DNA of 64,000 bases from an uncultured Acidobacteriota bacterium. GTDB taxonomy: Bacteria > Acidobacteriota > Blastocatellia > RBC074. The stretch is from contig CAWCKY010000007.1 in NCBI GenBank assembly GCA_963796275.1, positions 576,001 through 640,000 of the forward strand, given 5' to 3'. The notes beneath the pieces were generated by a model, which was not told where the DNA came from, searched no databases, and saw nothing but the letters and a program-made list of their open reading frames with translations. Below are positions 57,628-64,000 of this stretch, one piece after another. Made by a program: the position numbers and the translations under genes. The stretch's first letter is position 1, and the number at the start of each line of letters is the position of its first letter.

Positions 57628-59718
57628 ATGGGGCTCCGCGACGTTTATGACGGCCGTCAATCCTGGGCTGATTACCTCGGCTCTCACGCGCAATTCGACA
57701 ATTTTTCGCAAGCCCTGGTAAGACGTGACAAGATTCCTGGTTCGGTCGGACAGCAAGGCGGCCCCAGTTCGGTGAAAGTCAGGCTCAGTCCGAATGACTA
57801 TCAGCTCGCGCTGGAATCGGGATTGGGAGCTGTCGGTTACGACGTCGGTCAGGCTAACACCGGGGAATACAGTCTCGAGCTGGGCATCGAGAAACTTGTC
57901 GGCGGACTAGGCCAGCTCAATGCCGATTTCAACTTTCTGATGGGCGATCTCGTCTGGAAGTTCGAAATGTCTCAGGAGACGCTCAACAATATTTTGCATG
58001 AGATTCGCCTGGCTGAATTCGAACGCGAGGCACGGGCATACCGCAGCCGCGCTGAGAGAGCCTATATCCATGGCTGGTATGAGGAGGCGCTCGGCGATTT
58101 CCTGGAGGCCGAGAAACGCAACTACCCCGATTACTCCGTTCACCGATCGATCGCCACCATCTATCTATATCATCTGATCGACCTCTCTCAAGCTCTGGCT
58201 TATTTCCTGAAGGCGGCCAAATATGCGCGGCCCGGCGATCCACGCCAGTCGGCCGAGGCGCAGTATTTTGCGGGGATGGTTTGTGTGATCCAGCAACAAA
58301 CGGAGGCAGCTTCCGTCCATTTGCAGGAGGCTGTGAAACTCGATCCGGAATTGTTCGAGGCCCATTACCAGCAAGCCTGTCTCGCCGTCAGGCTGGGAAA
58401 GACAGAGTCGGCGATCGCCTGTTTGGAATCGGCGATCAAAGGAGATCCCAGATATTACGAGCGCGCCAGAGGCGACCGAAGTTTTGATGTTGTGCGTCCA
58501 CAGGTCCAGATTCTGCTGGATCGCCTGATGCAGCCGGTGAGAGAGATGATAGTCGACGTCAAGCAGGATGCCGAGTCGCTCCAAGGCTATGTCATCGCAG
58601 AACCGGAAGAAGAGAAGCTGATCGCAATTTTTCAGGAAATCGATCGTGAATTGGCTACCGGGTTAACCTATCGTACAGGATTGCACATTCTCCATAATCT
58701 CTCGGGGATCCAGGAAGAATTGCATGGAATACGTGACCGCTTCTATAAAAAATATGAGATCGATCCGCACGATTATGTGCGCTCGGTCGCCTTCAGCAAC
58801 GATGGCAGGCTTCTCGCATCGGGTTTTTTGAATGGTGGGATTCAGGTATGGGAGGTGGATTCGGGATTGCAGGCGTATTCACTCGCTGCTCATCTGGCGA
58901 GCGTTAATTCGGTTGCGTTCAGTCCGGATAACTTGTGGCTGGTTTCTGGCAGCCGCGATCGAAAGATAAAACTATGGGACGCCGGCACCGGTGGTGAGGT
59001 CCAGACATTGAACGGGCACGAAGCCGAGGTCAGGTCTGTCGCTTTCAGTCCGGACGGCCAGTGGCTGGTATCGGGAAGCCACGACAGGACCGTCAGGATC
59101 TGGCGAGTCGCCACCGGTCACGAAGTACAGTCATTACAAGGACACACGCGGCAGGTCACGTCAGCCGCCTTCAGTCCTGATGGCTCCCTGATAGCTTCGG
59201 GGAGCTGGGATAGGACAATCAGGCTTTGGGATGTTGTCAGCGGGAGAATTTTGCGCACCCTGCCCGGGCATGCGAGGGGCGTGGCCTCGGTGGTATTCAG
59301 CCCTGATGGTAAATGGCTCGCTTCAGGCGGCGAAGACGCACTGGTAAAACTTTGGGAAGTTGCGACCGGCCGGGAGCTACAGTTTTTCAAAGGACATAAC
59401 AACAGCGTTTCATCCATTGCATTCAGCCCTGACGGAGGAATGCTTGCAGCCGGCAGCCTGGGTCAAAACATATTGATCTGGAAGGTATCGACCGGGGCAG
59501 TAATCAAACACCTGAGGTACGATAATATCAGTTATAACTCGGTGGCCTTCAGCCCGAAGGGACAGTGGTTGGCACTGGGCAGCCGTGACCTGCAATTGTG
59601 GCTTAAGGTGATTCTGACGAAAGAGGAATATGCCGCGGTAAGAGAAGGCGAGGAGCGCGCCTGGCATGCCCGCAAGTTCGCGGCGGAAAAGCCGTCACAC
59701 ATCTATTTCACAAACTAA
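57628..59718 (+). CDS. TPR + WD40 repeat protein
   Basis: TPR helices followed by 7 WD40 repeats (GH…VRSVAFSPDG…SGSxDRT…W). Confidence 0.92.
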   Translation: MGLRDVYDGRQSWADYLGSHAQFDNFSQALVRRDKIPGSVGQQGGPSSVKVRLSPNDYQLALESGLGAVGYDVGQANTGEYSLELGIEKLVGGLGQLNADFNFLMGDLVWKFEMSQETLNNILHEIRLAEFEREARAYRSRAERAYIHGWYEEALGDFLEAEKRNYPDYSVHRSIATIYLYHLIDLSQALAYFLKAAKYARPGDPRQSAEAQYFAGMVCVIQQQTEAASVHLQEAVKLDPELFEAHYQQACLAVRLGKTESAIACLESAIKGDPRYYERARGDRSFDVVRPQVQILLDRLMQPVREMIVDVKQDAESLQGYVIAEPEEEKLIAIFQEIDRELATGLTYRTGLHILHNLSGIQEELHGIRDRFYKKYEIDPHDYVRSVAFSNDGRLLASGFLNGGIQVWEVDSGLQAYSLAAHLASVNSVAFSPDNLWLVSGSRDRKIKLWDAGTGGEVQTLNGHEAEVRSVAFSPDGQWLVSGSHDRTVRIWRVATGHEVQSLQGHTRQVTSAAFSPDGSLIASGSWDRTIRLWDVVSGRILRTLPGHARGVASVVFSPDGKWLASGGEDALVKLWEVATGRELQFFKGHNNSVSSIAFSPDGGMLAAGSLGQNILIWKVSTGAVIKHLRYDNISYNSVAFSPKGQWLALGSRDLQLWLKVILTKEEYAAVREGEERAWHARKFAAEKPSHIYFTN

Positions 59719-60084
59719 GAAAGCGAATGGGCAACAAAAAAGCAAAATACCCGTAGCGTCCCTGCGCGTCTGCCCCCGGTCAGAAAACGCGGATATTCCC
59801 GCTACGCGAAGATCACAAAAGTATCCCCAATAGCCGTTAACGCAGGCAGAAATGTTTCGGTCGAATTACAAATCGATAATTTACGGATGCGCACCGACCA
59901 CGGTTAAACCAAGGGCAGCCAGCTAGAAAAATATTTATTAATGTTCCGTCTTTTTTGCCCTTTTTGTTTGCCCATGGTAATGGCAAAATAAGCCCCGATC
60001 TGCAGACGAGCAAGCCAATCTGATGAAAACTCCCACGAACCGGGAATCTTGATTTTGTGGCACTACCGACTCGGAGGAATCAAT

Positions 60085-63345
<3,261 letters not shown>

Positions 63346-63359
63346 TAAAGAGGAGGCAT

Positions 63360-63911
63360 ATGACGGAAACTCAAAAAGCAAAAGATCGATCACAAACCTA
63401 TTGGATCATTGAACCGAAATACACAACTTTCGAGTTCAGCGTTAAAAGTTTATTCTTCTTCACGGTAACGGGAAAGTTCTCTGATTTCATAGGTAACCTT
63501 TTAATCGATGATGGCGACATTCGAAATTCCTCGGTCGATGTCACCATCAAAGCTCCCAGCATCAGCACGGGCATAAATCGTCGTGATAATCATTTGCGCT
63601 CGCCGGACTTCCTCGATGTTGGCAAACATCCGCTCATCAGCTTTCAAAGCACGGGAGTGGAAAAAGGTAGAGATCGCAACACGCTGCGAATTATCGGAAA
63701 TCTGTCGGTCAAGGGTAGCAAGAAGGAGCTGGTGCTCGATGTCGAGGAGACCGATCACAGCCGTTCACCCCAGGGAGATGAAGTGGCTTATTTCATAGCT
63801 CAGGCCAGGATCGATCGGTTCGATTTGGGCGTCCGCTATGGCCGCGGATTGATTGGCCGGACTTTGAAAGTCACGGTTCAGGCGCAGGCAACCAAAAAAT
63901 CAGCGTCTTGA
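63360..63911 (+). CDS. YceI-family protein
   Basis: FSVK…VTGKF, SISTG…RDNHLRSPDFLDV, IDRFDLG. Confidence 0.9.
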   Translation: MTETQKAKDRSQTYWIIEPKYTTFEFSVKSLFFFTVTGKFSDFIGNLLIDDGDIRNSSVDVTIKAPSISTGINRRDNHLRSPDFLDVGKHPLISFQSTGVEKGRDRNTLRIIGNLSVKGSKKELVLDVEETDHSRSPQGDEVAYFIAQARIDRFDLGVRYGRGLIGRTLKVTVQAQATKKSAS

Positions 63912-64000
63912 AACAGACGAGCGCGACCCCGCAGCGGATTCGATGGTTTGCTTTGCGATACGAATAGTTGGTTTCTGTGCCCCCTGTCATTAAGAAGGTG

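Overview
64-kb chromosomal window from a GC-rich bacterium, very probably an Acidobacterium. The evidence is an ADOP permease with its PadR partner, an Oar-like TonB-dependent receptor, a wHTH-TolB sensor and a Ser/Thr kinase-TPR protein. The window holds a sugar-utilisation cluster (GH51, TIM-barrel sugar isomerases, TBDR), transporters, redox enzymes, stress and regulatory genes, two pseudogenes and several families of extragenic palindromic or tandem repeats. I saw no rRNA, tRNA, CRISPR array or transposase. The most striking unexplained feature is a ~750-bp ORF-free region (38051-38806) containing two homologous ~180-nt multi-stem RNA domains (38331-38511 and 38613-38792). They show compensatory base changes and display conserved GGA/GGAGG motifs in loops and bulges, making this a candidate new structured ncRNA (CsrA/RsmA sponge, Shine-Dalgarno decoy or tandem cis-regulator). 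Other points of interest are three unusual fusions (di-heme peroxidase + beta-helix, prolyl oligopeptidase + beta-lactamase-fold hydrolase, esterase + TIM barrel), a 1509-aa protein with two CxxCH motifs, and a 6 x 153-bp composite tandem array. Several genes are broken by single extra bases that may be assembly errors. All calls were made by eye from motifs; no database search was run.
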